This document shows, in pieces, positions 26,829-38,735 of a stretch of 64,000 nt of DNA. Every line of letters starts with the position of its first letter. The stretch's first letter is position 1. The stretch comes from Octopus vulgaris (lineage: Eukaryota): the NCBI GenBank assembly GCA_951406725.2, contig OX597817.1, positions 10,292,001-10,356,000 of the forward strand. The letters are read 5' to 3'. Under the pieces are notes generated by a model that was not told the DNA's origin, searched no databases, and saw nothing but the letters and a program-made list of their open reading frames with translations. The translations under genes and the position numbers were made by a program.

Positions 26829-27280
26829 GATATATATATGTAACCACATGTGAATCATTGACAATTTTATTTTCCTCCATCTTCCTTTTCGATTGGACTT
26901 TCATCTGTTTCTGAAGAAGAGTTTTGCTTGAAATGTTAAACCATCTTTCTTTCCTTCTCTGACCATCTGCAAATACTTTACATGTACCACGTCCTCATGT
27001 TGTTAATTTTTTATGTTTGTTCTTTGTTTTTGTCAATTTATATATATGTATGTATTTGTGTGTTTATGTTTGTCCCCCTACTACCACTTGACAACCGATG
27101 TTGCGTGTTTACATCCCCATAACTTACATCACCATAGCATTAGCAGTTCAGCAAAAGAGGCCGATAGAACATGTGCTAGTCTTACAAAGAATAAGTCCTG
27201 GGGTCAGTTTGTTTGACTAAAGGTGGTGCTCCAGCATGACTACAGTCAAATGACTGAAACAAGTAAAAGAATAAAGAATA
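26375..27280 (+). mobile_element. SINE family A split by the hammerhead-bearing tandem insert
   Basis: 5' half at 26375-26540, 3' half at about 27045-27280. Confidence 0.8.
26590..27040 (+). mobile_element. Two tandem diverged Penelope-like/retrozyme-like units, each with a minimal hammerhead, inside the microsatellite of a SINE
   Basis: GTTT CCGACGA A GAG-CTCCA-CTC GAAA CA TT AAAC (26669-26703) and GTTT CTGAAGA A GAGT-TTT-GCTT GAAA TG TT AAAC (26907-26941); the two units are separated by (TA)n. Confidence 0.6.
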
Positions 27281-27847
27281 CGTGTTTATATATACACAAA
27301 TACACACACACACACACACACACACGTGTCTGTCTATCAGCTGTTGCTATCCACCTTAAATTTGGCCTTTTGCCTATTTGAAAATACATCAAAACAATTC
27401 CAGTATTTTTCTATGTACAGAGAGAAAAATCATTTATTTACATTCATTTACATTTCCATGATGACCCATAAATTTCTTATTTGCCCTGCCCATATTTTCT
27501 ACATTTGTTTATATTTTCACTGAAGCCTATGATTTAAACTCTAGCTATTCTGACATGAAATTTATCACAGATTTTCAAACAGTCAGTAGTTTATCTATAA
27601 TTTTACTATGTCAAGAATGAGTGTTTGGGATTTTAGAAACTATAAGAGCAAAGTGAATTTTACAATCTATGGTATGTTAGCTTAAATATAAATATATATA
27701 TTAATGATTGGAGAATAGATAAAGTACTGCCAAGCAGAATTTGAATATGTGAGAAAAATTTAATGTTGGAATTCCCATAGCTTATATTCTACATAAACAA
27801 ATATAAATGCATTTTTTGTCATTTTGTACATAAAAAAATATTGTGAT

Positions 27848-27892
27848 CATCTGGGCATGTTTCACAACTCATTGGCTGTTCATCAGAAGACA
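27848..27892 (-). ncRNA. Degenerate minimal hammerhead motif
   Basis: Minus strand: TCTT CTGATGA ACAGC-CAATGA-GTTGT GAAA CATG CC CAGA. U16.1 is replaced by C. Confidence 0.5.
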
Positions 27893-27935
27893 AATATCCT
27901 TGCTTTCTGTTTGCAAGGGGAACTATAGCAAATAG

Positions 27936-28322
27936 TGGAGGTGCAATGGCCCAGTGGTTAGGGCAGCGGACTCGCGGTCATAGGATCGCGGTTTTGATTC
28001 CCAGACTGGGCGTTGTGAGTGTTTATTGAGCGAAAACACCTAAAGCTCCACGAGGCTCCGGCAGGGGATGGTGGTGATCCCTGCTGTACTCTTTCACCAC
28101 AACTTTCTCTCACTCTTACTTCCTGTTTCTGTTGTACCTGTATTTCAAAGGGCCGGCCTTGTCACTCTCTGTGTCACGCTGAATATCCCCGAGAACTACG
28201 TTAAGGGTACACGTGTCTGTGGAGTGCTCAGCCACGTACACGTTAATTTCACGCACAGGCTGTTCTGTTGATTCGGATCAACCGGAACCCTCGTCGTCGT
28301 AACCGACGGAGTGCTTCCATCC
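27936..28322 (+). mobile_element. tRNA-derived SINE, head D + tail Y
   Basis: A box tggcccagtgg; B box ggttttgattcc; TSD atagcaaatag at 27925-27935 and 28323-28333. Confidence 0.9.
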
Positions 28323-28779
28323 ATAGCAAATAGCTATTTATATCGAATACAATCTGGAAAGCACCTGAAATAGCCTGTGTAATTTGTGTGCTATGCATAC
28401 ATTGGCAATTTGATTAATTAAATAATGATTATTTATGTATATACTAGAGTATATACTAGAAGATTTGAGATAAATTTGATGTTGGAATACAAACATTATA
28501 AATTAAAAACTTTGTTGTGAGAATATTAACCAATTTTCACTTCATATACAATAAAAAGAACTGAGATTGAACGTTTAGCTGTGTACAATATTTTAGTTTA
28601 CTAAGTAATTTTTTCATCACTTGCAATGAGGTCTCTATATTTTGTGGGGATGATTTCATAAGACCAAAACTTGTCTGGAGTTGTCTCCCATGATTTCTGA
28701 AATAATAGGATAATTCTATTTTTACTTCACTTACAAATAAATGTGTTAACATGTGACATTATTGACCGAGGTTACTGTG

Positions 28780-29012
28780 GTATTTTCCATAGGCTTTTCT
28801 TTCCACAGATAAACCTTATCTGCTTCCCCCTTTACACTTTACTTCATGACATTTCTGTAATATACGATCCCTATTGATCGTTTTTTTCTTTCCTTTTTAC
28901 GATCCCTTTTGATCAAAAACCTACCCCTCTTTTTTTTATCTCTCCATAAAGAAAATCTCTACTTTGTAATTTGTCCCATCTGTGTTCAGCCCTGTGTGGC
29001 TAATAAAGAAAC
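28780..29012 (+). mobile_element. LINE 3' UTR fragment related to 7805-8256
   Basis: Ends in tgtcccatctgtgttcagccctgtgtggctaataaagaaa, the same tail motif. Confidence 0.5.
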
Positions 29013-30165
29013 ATATTTTTACTTCATTTCTTTTAATAATCCCTTCAGTATATATGTTAACACTAAATCAACAAGTTCAAATGAGTTGAGTAATGCATAA
29101 TGTAAAAAAGACGGCAATAAAATATAAATTGGTTTTGGAATTCTGAGGCCACCAAAACTTTATGATTATCTCTCTCTTTCTCTCTTAGACAAAATTCAAG
29201 AAAGTATAAATTGCAATATTTATTCTTTCATTTGCTATGTTCACGATGGCTTTGACACTAGATTATAAGCAATACATTCATGGATTCAACACTTACAACA
29301 ATTTTTCATTGTTTTGTGACCATAAATAACATAGATTAACATCCTTATTTTATTCTGCATGACTGATCTAGCAGCAGATGCCAAACCTGACATTTTATTC
29401 AATTGTTATTGTTAGTAAATGATACAAAAATGCATCCAACCAGTCATAAAAACACCTACTCTAAAAAATTGCAAATGGGGAAATTTTCAAAAAAAAGAAA
29501 AAAAAAAAAATAAACAAACAAAGATAAATGAAATCCTTCCATCCATGCCATTATGAAGAGAAGGGTATGAAACAATATCATTTGCCAATGCATACAAACA
29601 CTTATTGATGGTATAATCTAACTACACACGACACACAAACATGCAAACATACAGGCACACAAAAATTCCACAATTAGCATGCACCACATACTCTGACACC
29701 ATGCATATGCACACGCATACACAAATGCACCTAGAAGAGTTTAGCTTCATAACAGCAGTTTGGTAATCTTCCAGATTAATTTCAATATTTATAAGGGCTT
29801 CCAAGTGTTTTTGGATAGATTTTATTTTGCAGATTAATCTAAAATAGTGAATCTCTCAAATATTTTAAATTTGTGGCACTCAAGAGAATAAATACAAAAT
29901 ATTATGCATGCAGTTTGCATTGTTTACTAAAAAGATGTTTTAAAGTTAAACATTTAGACAAAAATATAGAAAAATGTTGCTTACCATATTTTATTAATCA
30001 TGGGGCTTCATGGTTAAGAAGTTCACATCACAGCCACATGGTTTTAGGTTCAGTCCCTCTACACAGTACAGGGCTGAATCAGTAAATGGCACCAATGATC
30101 AGAAATAACTGTGGAATATCAATATCTGTCATTCTTCCTCACTTCCAGGGTGATTCACTTCACCT

Positions 30166-30767
30166 ATTTCTTTATTACCCACAAGGGGCTAAACATAGAG
30201 GGGACAAACAAGGACAGACATAGGTATTAAGTCGATTACATCGACCCCAGTGCGTAACTGGTGCTTAATTTATCGACCCCGAAAGGATGAAGGGCAAAGT
30301 CGACCTCGGCGGAATTTGAACTCAGAACGTAACGACAGAGGAAATACCTATTTCTTTATTACCCACAAGGGGCTAAACATAGAGGGGACAAACAAGGACA
30401 GACATAGGTATTAAGTCGATTACATCGACCCCAGTGCGTAACTGGTGCTTAATTTATCGACCCCGAAAGGATGAAGGGCAAAGTCGACCTCGGCGGAATT
30501 TGAACTCAGAACGTAACGACAGAGGAAATACCTATTTCTTTATTACCCACAAGGGGCTAAACATAGAGGGGACAAACAAGGACAGACATAGGTATTAAGT
30601 CGATTACATCGACCCCAGTGCGTAACTGGTGCTTAATTTATCGACCCCGAAAGGATGAAGGGCAAAGTCGACCTCGGCGGAATTTGAACTCAGAACGTAA
30701 CGACAGACGAAATACCACTATGCATTTCGTCCGGCATGCTAACGTTTCTGCCAGCTCGCCACCTGAA
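30166..30767 (-). mobile_element. SINE family E trimer (3 x 184 bp) inside one TSD
   Basis: Units start at 30163, 30347 and 30531; 16-bp TSD gtgattcacttcacct at 30150-30165 and 30768-30783. Confidence 0.9.
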
Positions 30768-31095
30768 GTGATTCACTTCACCTGGCTTTGAAATATACTG
30801 TATCATTTAACCCTATGTCCTTATGTGTGTGTGTGTGTATATATATACACACAAACCCACATACATATACATATGACAGGCTTCTTTCAATTTCCATCTA
30901 CCAAGTACACTACTTACAAGGCTTCAGTCAACCTAGACCCAATGTGCCACATTGTGGGACAGAACTCAAAACCACGTGATAGGGAACTGATCTTCTTAAC
31001 CACACAGCCATAACTCTATGTCTTTTGTTGAGGAAAATTTTGATAATAAATTTTAATAAGATCATAATTTAGGAATTCTTCATATCTGAGTCATA

Positions 31096-31313
31096 TACTC
31101 TTTTACTCTTTTACTTGTTTCAGTCATTTGACTGTGGCCATGCTGGAGCACCGCCTTTAGTCGAGCAAATCTACCCCAGGACTTATTCTTTGTAAGACTA
31201 GTACTTATTCTATCGGTTTCTTTTGCCGAACCACTAAGTTATGGGGAAAACACACCAGCATTGGTTGTCAAGCGATGTTGAGTGGGACAAACACAGACAC
31301 ACAAACATATACG

Positions 31314-31377
<64 letters not shown>

Positions 31378-31543
31378 TACGACGGGCTTCTTTCAATTTC
31401 CGTCTACCAAATCCACTCACAACGTTTTGGTCGGCCCAAGGCTATAGTAGAAGACACTTGCCCAAGGTGCCACACAGTGGGACTGAACCCGGAACCATGT
31501 GGTTGGTGAGCAAGCTACGTACCACACAGCCACTCCTACGCCT
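31096..31543 (-). mobile_element. SINE family A
   Basis: Full-length match. Confidence 0.85.
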
Positions 31544-31785
31544 ATATATTTACAATATTTATATTTACACAGTATTTTCAGTTCAGTTTTTGTGTCTATT
31601 CTCATCTATGGTCGTAAATGTTGGAAAAATACCAAAAGAATACAACTGTGATTACAAGATGCCAAAATAGTATTCTTACAAATTCTCCTGGAAGCAACAT
31701 AACTCAAAGATTTCAGAAACTCTCCTGGTTGAGCCATTACTTCGCTACACTGAGAGGCCACAGCTTTGGTACTACAGACATACTC

Positions 31786-31998
31786 TCTCTCTTTTACTCT
31801 TTTACTCGTTTCAGTCATTTGACTGCGGCCATGCTGGAGCACCGCCTTTAGTCGAGCAAATCGACCCCGGGATTTATTCTTCGTAAGCCCAGTACTTATT
31901 CTATCGGTCTCTTTTTGCCGAACCGCTAAGTGACGGGGATGTAAACACACCAGCATCGCTTGTCAAGCAATGCTAGGGGAACAAACACAGACACACAT

Positions 31999-32062
<64 letters not shown>

Positions 32063-32226
32063 GACAGGCTTCTTTCAGTTTCCGTCTACCAAATCCACTC
32101 ACAAGGCATTGGTCGGCCCGGGGCTATAGCAGAAGACACTTGCCCAAGATGCCACACAGTGGGATTGAACCCGGAACCATGTGGTTGGTTAGCAAGCTAC
32201 TTACCACACAGCCACTCCTGTGCCTA
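31786..32226 (-). mobile_element. SINE family A
   Basis: Full-length match. Confidence 0.85.
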
Positions 32227-32314
32227 TGTAGGAAAGAGTTGCAAAACAGATTCTTCAAGCCAAACTAGCCAGTAGGAGAATTAGTGGCAGACTAAGAATG
32301 AGATGGTTGGATAA

Positions 32315-32710
32315 TCTTTATATATAAAAGTAAGGTTGTGTGCTGTCTGTCTCCTACAATTTAGATTCCTAACTACTCCCACATTTTGCGGTGCAGTTTA
32401 ACCAAAACCGGGTATCTTATAGTCGTGATTCATATCGAGCCCTTCTGGGTATTAGCGCGCATCTACGATGAGTCTACGATTTTAAAAAAAATTTACCATC
32501 AATTTTTCCCATTTTTAATGCATTTTTGGCATATATAAGGGAAGTAACTCTCTAAAATTTTATTATTAAATCTCAGAATGTAAAAAGCTACAGTAACACC
32601 CCCACTTTGTGGTTAGCCATATTGAGATGGCTATTATACTTTACATCTCTAAAAATGCTTATATAGTTATTTCTCTTACAAACACGAGCAACGCCGGGCG
32701 ATACTGCTAG
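32315..32710 (+). mobile_element. Non-autonomous Helitron
   Basis: A|TC 5' end; GC-rich subterminal motif cacgagcaacgccggg; CTAG|T 3' end; no TSD. Confidence 0.8.
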
Positions 32711-33088
32711 TATCTAATAAAAAGTTTAACAGAATGTCACTAACCTTTTTTGAAGAAGTTTCTCCCCACCCCTAATGTGTGTGAATGCTTTCATTTAATC
32801 TTTTGAAATGCATGTGCTCTTAGATACATATATATATGTATGTGTACTGTGTGTGTGTGTATACATGTGTATACATACAACGGGCTTCTTTCAGGTCAGT
32901 CGATCAAATCCACTCATAAAGTTTTGTTCAGCCTGAGGTTATAGAAGAAGATACTTGTTCAAAGTGTCGTGCAGTGGGACTGAACTCGGAATCATGTGGT
33001 TGGGAAGCAAGCTTCTTATGCCACACCCATGCCAGTAATGCAAATACTGAATTAGAATATATCTAATCAATCTATGATATCCTACATA

Positions 33089-33481
33089 TCTCTATATATA
33101 TCAAGCTGAAGTTGTCTGTGTATGGCAGGTTTGGTAGCCTTCAACTAACACTCTATCCTCCGAGACCCTGCGGCGCAAGTTGACCAAAATTGAGAGTATG
33201 ATAGAAGAAGGCTTGCTCTTCCTTCTGTAGAAGAAAAAATTCAAATCGGACCATGTTAACACCAAAACTTATTTACATCAAAAAGGTGCATTTTTTTCTA
33301 TGAAAATCCCTATTTTTTACGATTTTTTGACTACTGTGTCGCCATTTTTTGGTGTATTTCAACCAGAAAAATGTTCACTTAAAGAGAATAACAAGCTACA
33401 TAATGCAAAATTTTTACTTTCCAAAAATTTCAATTCTAAAGGGTCGAAACAAACCCGAGCAACGCCGGGCGATGCTGCTAG
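33089..33481 (+). mobile_element. Non-autonomous Helitron, different body with the same 3' end
   Basis: A|TC start; cccgagcaacgccgggcgatgctgCTAG|T end. Confidence 0.8.
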
Positions 33482-34394
33482 TATATATTTATATGTAAAT
33501 GCAGAATTTGGATATATGATCTGTGTTGTAGCCTGGAGTCATTTGTCTTTTCAGGTCTTTCACATGCATGTAATCTGATCTAGGATGACGAAGCCTAGGT
33601 CTGTGCCCCAGAGGCATTCTTCTGACCCCACTGATCACCTTTTTTGAGCCATGGCCATATAGATATTTTCTTGCTACTCCCAATATTGTTCTTGATGGCT
33701 TTTCTTCTGCTCATCCCTGTATTGCCCAGCGTTCCATAATTCTAACTCATGGAATAACTTGCAAACCTTCAACTGCCCATCTTGACTGGCAAATGCCTGA
33801 TCTTCCACGAATTTCTTCAGTATTTAAAGCATTTCAATAATGTATGTATACACAATCATATAGTAAGTGCGTGTGTGTGTGGGGGGGAGGGTGAGTGCAT
33901 GTGTATGTGTGTTTGTTTATGTGTGTGCAGACTAGTAGCTATTGCAATTGAAGCAGGTACTGAGCACTTTCATTTTGCACAGTTAAGCTCCAAAACACAT
34001 TTGAAGCATTACAGGTCATGTCTGTATGTACCAGGGGAATATAAAAAGCACCAAGCACACTCTGCAAAGTGGCATTAGGAAGGGCATCCAGCCTGTAGAA
34101 ACGAAACCAAGTCAGACTGAAACCTGGTGCAGATCTCCTGCTTGCCACCTCTGATCAAACCGTAAAACCCACACCAGCATGAAAAATGGGTGTTAAATGA
34201 TGAAATGATGATGATGATAATGATCACACACACACACACACGCTCTATAGGTTTATATTATATATTTTATAGTGAGAGATTGTTTCAGTTATAAACATTG
34301 AGGAATTTCAGTGTGATATCAGATTTGTTAAATATTGTGAGAATAATCTCATTGCTGGCTCATTATATGGCTACTAAAATATGCCCATTTATAA

Positions 34395-34846
34395 TATTCG
34401 GCTCACAGAACGGCCTGCTGTGCTAACCTTGGATCTTAGAGTGACCCACTGTTCTTGAGGAGATCTATTGAGTCAAGTACATCAATACCAACATCAAAAT
34501 AAAAATCAAATGGAAAGTTAAGACACTCGTGCCGGTGACACGTAAAAAGCACCGTCCAAACATGGCAGATGCCAGCGCCACCTGACTGGCATCCGTGTCA
34601 GTGACATGTAAAAGCACCAACTGATCATGGCCATTTGCCAGCCTCCTCTGGCCCCTGTGCTGGTGGCACATAAAAAACACCCACTACACTCACAGAGTGG
34701 TTGGTGTTAGGAAGGGCATCCAGCTGTAGAAACACTGCCAAATCAGACTAGAGCCTGGTGCAGCCTCCATGGCTTACCAGACCCCGGTCAAACTGTCCAA
34801 CCCATGCTAGCATGGAAAGTGGACGTTAAATGATGATGATGATGAT
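34395..34846 (+). mobile_element. Family B
   Basis: Tandem units, 3' block, (GAT)n. Shorter copies at about 34040-34224 (+), 25040-25195 (-) and 46646-46783 (+). Confidence 0.8.
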
Positions 34847-35076
34847 TTGGCTAAGAAATCTGAATGCTAAAGGGTTAAATTTCTATTGTTCTATGGTCAC
34901 ATGGGTTGAACAGAATTCAGTGCTGGAGATTTTCTACAGCCAGATGCCCTTCCTTTTGCCAAACTCTCACCTGTTCCCAAGTAAAGTAATTCTTCCTCCG
35001 AGCCAGACATGTTTTCGTGAAAGTTTAGGCATGAAGGGTATTGTTGGTATGACAGTAATGTTTATTTACAACTATA

Positions 35077-35220
35077 CCATCCATCCATCCATCCATCCAT
35101 CCATCCATCCATCCATCCATCCATCCATCCAACCAACCAACCAACCAACCAACCAACCAACCAACCAACCAACCAACCAACCAACCAACCAACCAACCAA
35201 ACAAACAAACAAACAAACAC
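35077..35220. repeat. Compound microsatellite (CCAT)n(CCAA)n(CAAA)n
   Basis: Direct reading. Confidence 0.95.
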
Positions 35221-35398
35221 AACAGGCTTCTTTCACTTCCCATCTACCAAATCCACACTCAAGGCTCACTGATTGCCACAGGACTCTTGTAGGAGATACT
35301 AACAAGAAGCTCCATGGAATGGGACAGAACCTGAAACCATGAGTTTGGGAAACAAACTTATCAACCACAACATTCCCTTACATAAACACACACACACA

Positions 35399-35452
<54 letters not shown>

Positions 35453-36043
35453 TACACATGCACTTATGTAATCAACTAGTGCCCTCCCCCAAATTTCCGG
35501 CCTTGTACCTATAGCAGAAAGTATTATTATCAACATACCTATTCATATATTTGAAAAATATACAAGCATATATATATGTATCTATATATTAAGGTGTGTG
35601 TGTGTGCACACACATATCTATGATGTAATCTCCAGGGATACAGGCATCCAGCAACAGGACCTCCGTAATGCCATGATGGACCATGAAGTCTGGTGTAGCA
35701 TGGTAAATTCCATTGTCTTGACCACGGTCGAACAATGATGATGATGACATATCTATGCATTTATTAGATCCTTTAAAGGAAACAATGTATGTGTTTTGAA
35801 GACCTGAGAGACATTGGGTACATGTGTATAGTGACATATGAGTATATATATATATGTATATCTTTCATGCAACTATAATAGACAATCACTAGACTTTTTC
35901 AAACAACTGATGACTCCTTGGTTTGTAAAGCAATTTCAATCAACCTGCCAGCGACAATATACCCACCTTACTGATACACATATACTAATAAGTATGTGTG
36001 TGATTTCTGTGTATTTGTATACTCTGGACGTTCTAGTAATATA

Positions 36044-36589
36044 ATGGGTTGTCCGGAAAGTTCATGCTGATTTTTAGAGGAAAGTAAAAGGTCAATAAAT
36101 ACTTGCCATTACCTAAGCTTTACCAGGTGCTCATGAACGATTGATTTTGATAGGCTGAGGCTTTCTGCCAATGTGGGTTATTCTCAATTAAGGACTTGAT
36201 TTGGTCATCATCTGTAGTGGATGGTTTGCCTGATCAGTCTTTGTCAATAAGGCTACAATCTCCAGCTCGGAACCTTGTGAACCACTTCCGTACAGTTCTT
36301 TCTGATAAAGTAACATCACCGTAAACTGCGCATATTTCTTTGGTTGCCTGTGAAGCATTTTTCCCTTTATGGAAAAAGAAAAGCATCAAGTGCCGAAAAG
36401 GAACTTTCTTATCTTCCATTTTAAAGGGTTACAGAATTAACACAGGTTATAGAAAGATAAACCATCTTCCACGAAACTGTGCTCTAAATGGAGGTGTAGT
36501 CAAATCCTGTTTTATGAACTCAAACATGTTCTAAAATAAGTCAAAAGGTAAGCTACTATAAATCGGCACGAACTTTCCGGACAACCCAA
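36044..36589 (-). mobile_element. Internally deleted mariner element
   Basis: About 30-bp TIRs (atgggttgtccggaaagttcatgctgattt / aaatcggcacgaactttccggacaacccaa) with TA on both sides. ORF 36419-36234 MEDKKVPFRHLMLFFFHKGKNASQATKEICAVYG...TVRKWFTRFRAG is the mariner N-terminal HTH. Confidence 0.92.
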
Positions 36590-37059
36590 TACTTATTATA
36601 CTATTTCTCTTTTACACTTTCTACACTAGTGTACTATAATATAGCTGTATCTAAGGTAGGTTTCAGTTAGCAGTGGCTCAGACCATGATCACCTCAATAG
36701 TAATAATATAGGTTATATGTTATTTGAATATCCGGAGACATAAAATAATGTTGTTGTTGATGGTGGTGGTAGTGTTGATGACAGTAATGATGACAATGAC
36801 AGCCTTAACATAACAGTAAGCCTCACTTAAATTTCAGTGTGCCACTTTATTTATATTTTTAAATCTTTATTTTTGTTTTTGTTATAGACCAAAAAGAAGT
36901 AAAATCCAAAAAAATATTAATATTCAACACTATTTACAAAATACAATATATTTTTCTGACTACTTCTTTGCTCCTTATTAATCAACATTCAGATCTTTTC
37001 AAGAATTTTTCAGAACTTTTCAAGAATTTCTCATATGTATCATCTCTTCTCTTTTTCAG

Positions 37060-37972
37060 GTTATCTCCATCGTCTCCGTTTTCTTCATTGTTACTTCAAT
37101 ATTGTCCTTCTGCCTTAAGACGCATCCAGAAATACGAGTTCCAGTCTTGCGTAATTCAACAGTGCATCCAGAGTTTAACTCCACTTGGAATTTGGATAAA
37201 CAGAAAACTCAACCTCATGAAGCCTTTTTCTACATCGAATGCGCTTGCAATGCGTGGTTCACATTTGAGATAATTATACGCCTGATTGTTGCTCCAAATA
37301 AATTTTACTTCCTGAAGGCCCCAGTTAATATAATTGATATTGTGGCCACTTTATCATTTTACCTAGACTTTTTGCTCACAAAACTCAAACAAGAGAGTGA
37401 CATCTTAGAGTTTTTCAGCATCATACGTATCCTTCGTTTATTCAAACTGACTCGGCACTCTGCCGGACTAAAAATTCTCATCCATACGTTCAAAGCAAGT
37501 GCCAAGGAATTATCCCTTCTAATCTTCTTTTTGGTACTTGGTATTGTAATTTTTGCTGCACTTATATTCTACGCTGAAAGGATAGAATATAATCCGACTA
37601 ATGACTTTCATAGTATCCCAGTTGGTCTTTGGTGGGCTATTGTGACTATGACCACAGTAGGCTATGGGGACATGGCCCCCAAGACGTATGTAGGTATGTT
37701 TGTGGGTGCATTATGTGCCCTCGCAGGTGTGTTGACGATAGCTCTGCCGGTACCTGTCATAGTGAGCAACTTTGCGCTCTTCTATTCACACACACAGGCC
37801 CGATCGAAACTGCCGAAAAAACGAAGAAGAGTTTTGCCCGTGGAAGCACCAAGACCTAAAGGCCCCAAAGGACCAGGCGTCCCAGGAGGTGTAGGCCCAG
37901 CAAATAGAAGAATGAATGCCATAAAACATAACCATCCACCAGGTTCGCTGGATGCTAAGATGGCACGAATAG
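37060..37972 (+). CDS. Shaw: Internal coding exon of a Shaw/Kv3 (KCNC-type) voltage-gated K+ channel: S1-S6, pore, proximal C-terminus
   Basis: Acceptor ctcttctctttttcag|GTT (phase 0); donor ATAG|gtaagt (phase 1). Translation [23 protein letters not shown]...[13 protein letters not shown]...[25 protein letters not shown]...[21 protein letters not shown]...[12 protein letters not shown]...[11 protein letters not shown]. Filter TTVGYGD at 37651-37671, PVP hinge at 37747-37755, four-charge S4 as in Drosophila Shaw. Confidence 0.97.
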
Positions 37973-38673
37973 GTAAGTATTTTATACCTTTAACGGATAG
38001 TCACTTAGGAACAAAGCAGTAATAAGTCTCGCCAGTGGATGAAACAAAAATATATATGGAAATACTTGAGAGAAATATATGACAAGAAGCCCCAATAGTG
38101 GATAATCCATTCACATAGAATATTAATAGATAGTGATTTATATGAAACCAAAGATAGGCAGGCATATATAGAAAAGTATTCAAGTTATAGGATGACAAAG
38201 TTGAATACATCGATAGGATTAAAGAAACATTCCAATAATTTTCACTACCTCAACTGAAAACTTCAAATTAGAGAATCTATCAAACTATAGGACAGTTTCC
38301 TATCACAAGCAAAGAATACAGAATAATATGCAAAGCAAAAGAGAAAAAAACCTTCAAAGGGGAAATAATTTAATCAGATTCATAGTATATATTTCGTTAG
38401 TTTATTAGATATATGCTAAATTAAACTGAAGTATCAGACAATTAGGAAAAAGTTAATGTTACTAAAAATTGTACACAACATATACCCACAATTTTGTAAT
38501 AATTATGCGATATTTTCATAACGATGAAAGAGTTTTCTTGAGCTCTTGAGTCCACCAATTAAGATTTAATTCAATTATATTAGTATGGAGCTCATCAAAA
38601 TATCTCTCATATAAGTATACATACATATATGTGTAAATGTATGCATACATATGTATAGCATGTATATGTGTAT

Positions 38674-38735
<62 letters not shown>

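Noticed and set aside
27936-28010. tRNA-like sequences with A and B boxes (also 585, 13586, 22991)
   Set aside because: They continue into SINE bodies with tails and TSDs; they are SINE heads, not tRNA genes.
4395-32268. Recurrent peptides such as RQASFSFRLPNPLTRHWSARGYSRRHLPK
   Set aside because: Antisense translations of SINE family A, not a gene family.
34830-35342. 170-aa ORF
   Set aside because: Made of a (GAT)n tail, decayed repeat sequence and tetranucleotide microsatellites.
1-37059. Search for the Kv3 T1-domain exon
   Set aside because: No ORF with T1 motifs was found; it probably lies upstream of the window. A very small exon could have been missed.
37102-38022. ORF-track call of a standalone 306-aa protein starting at TTG
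   Set aside because: The frame extends upstream to a canonical acceptor at 37060 and has a canonical donor at 37973; it is an internal exon.
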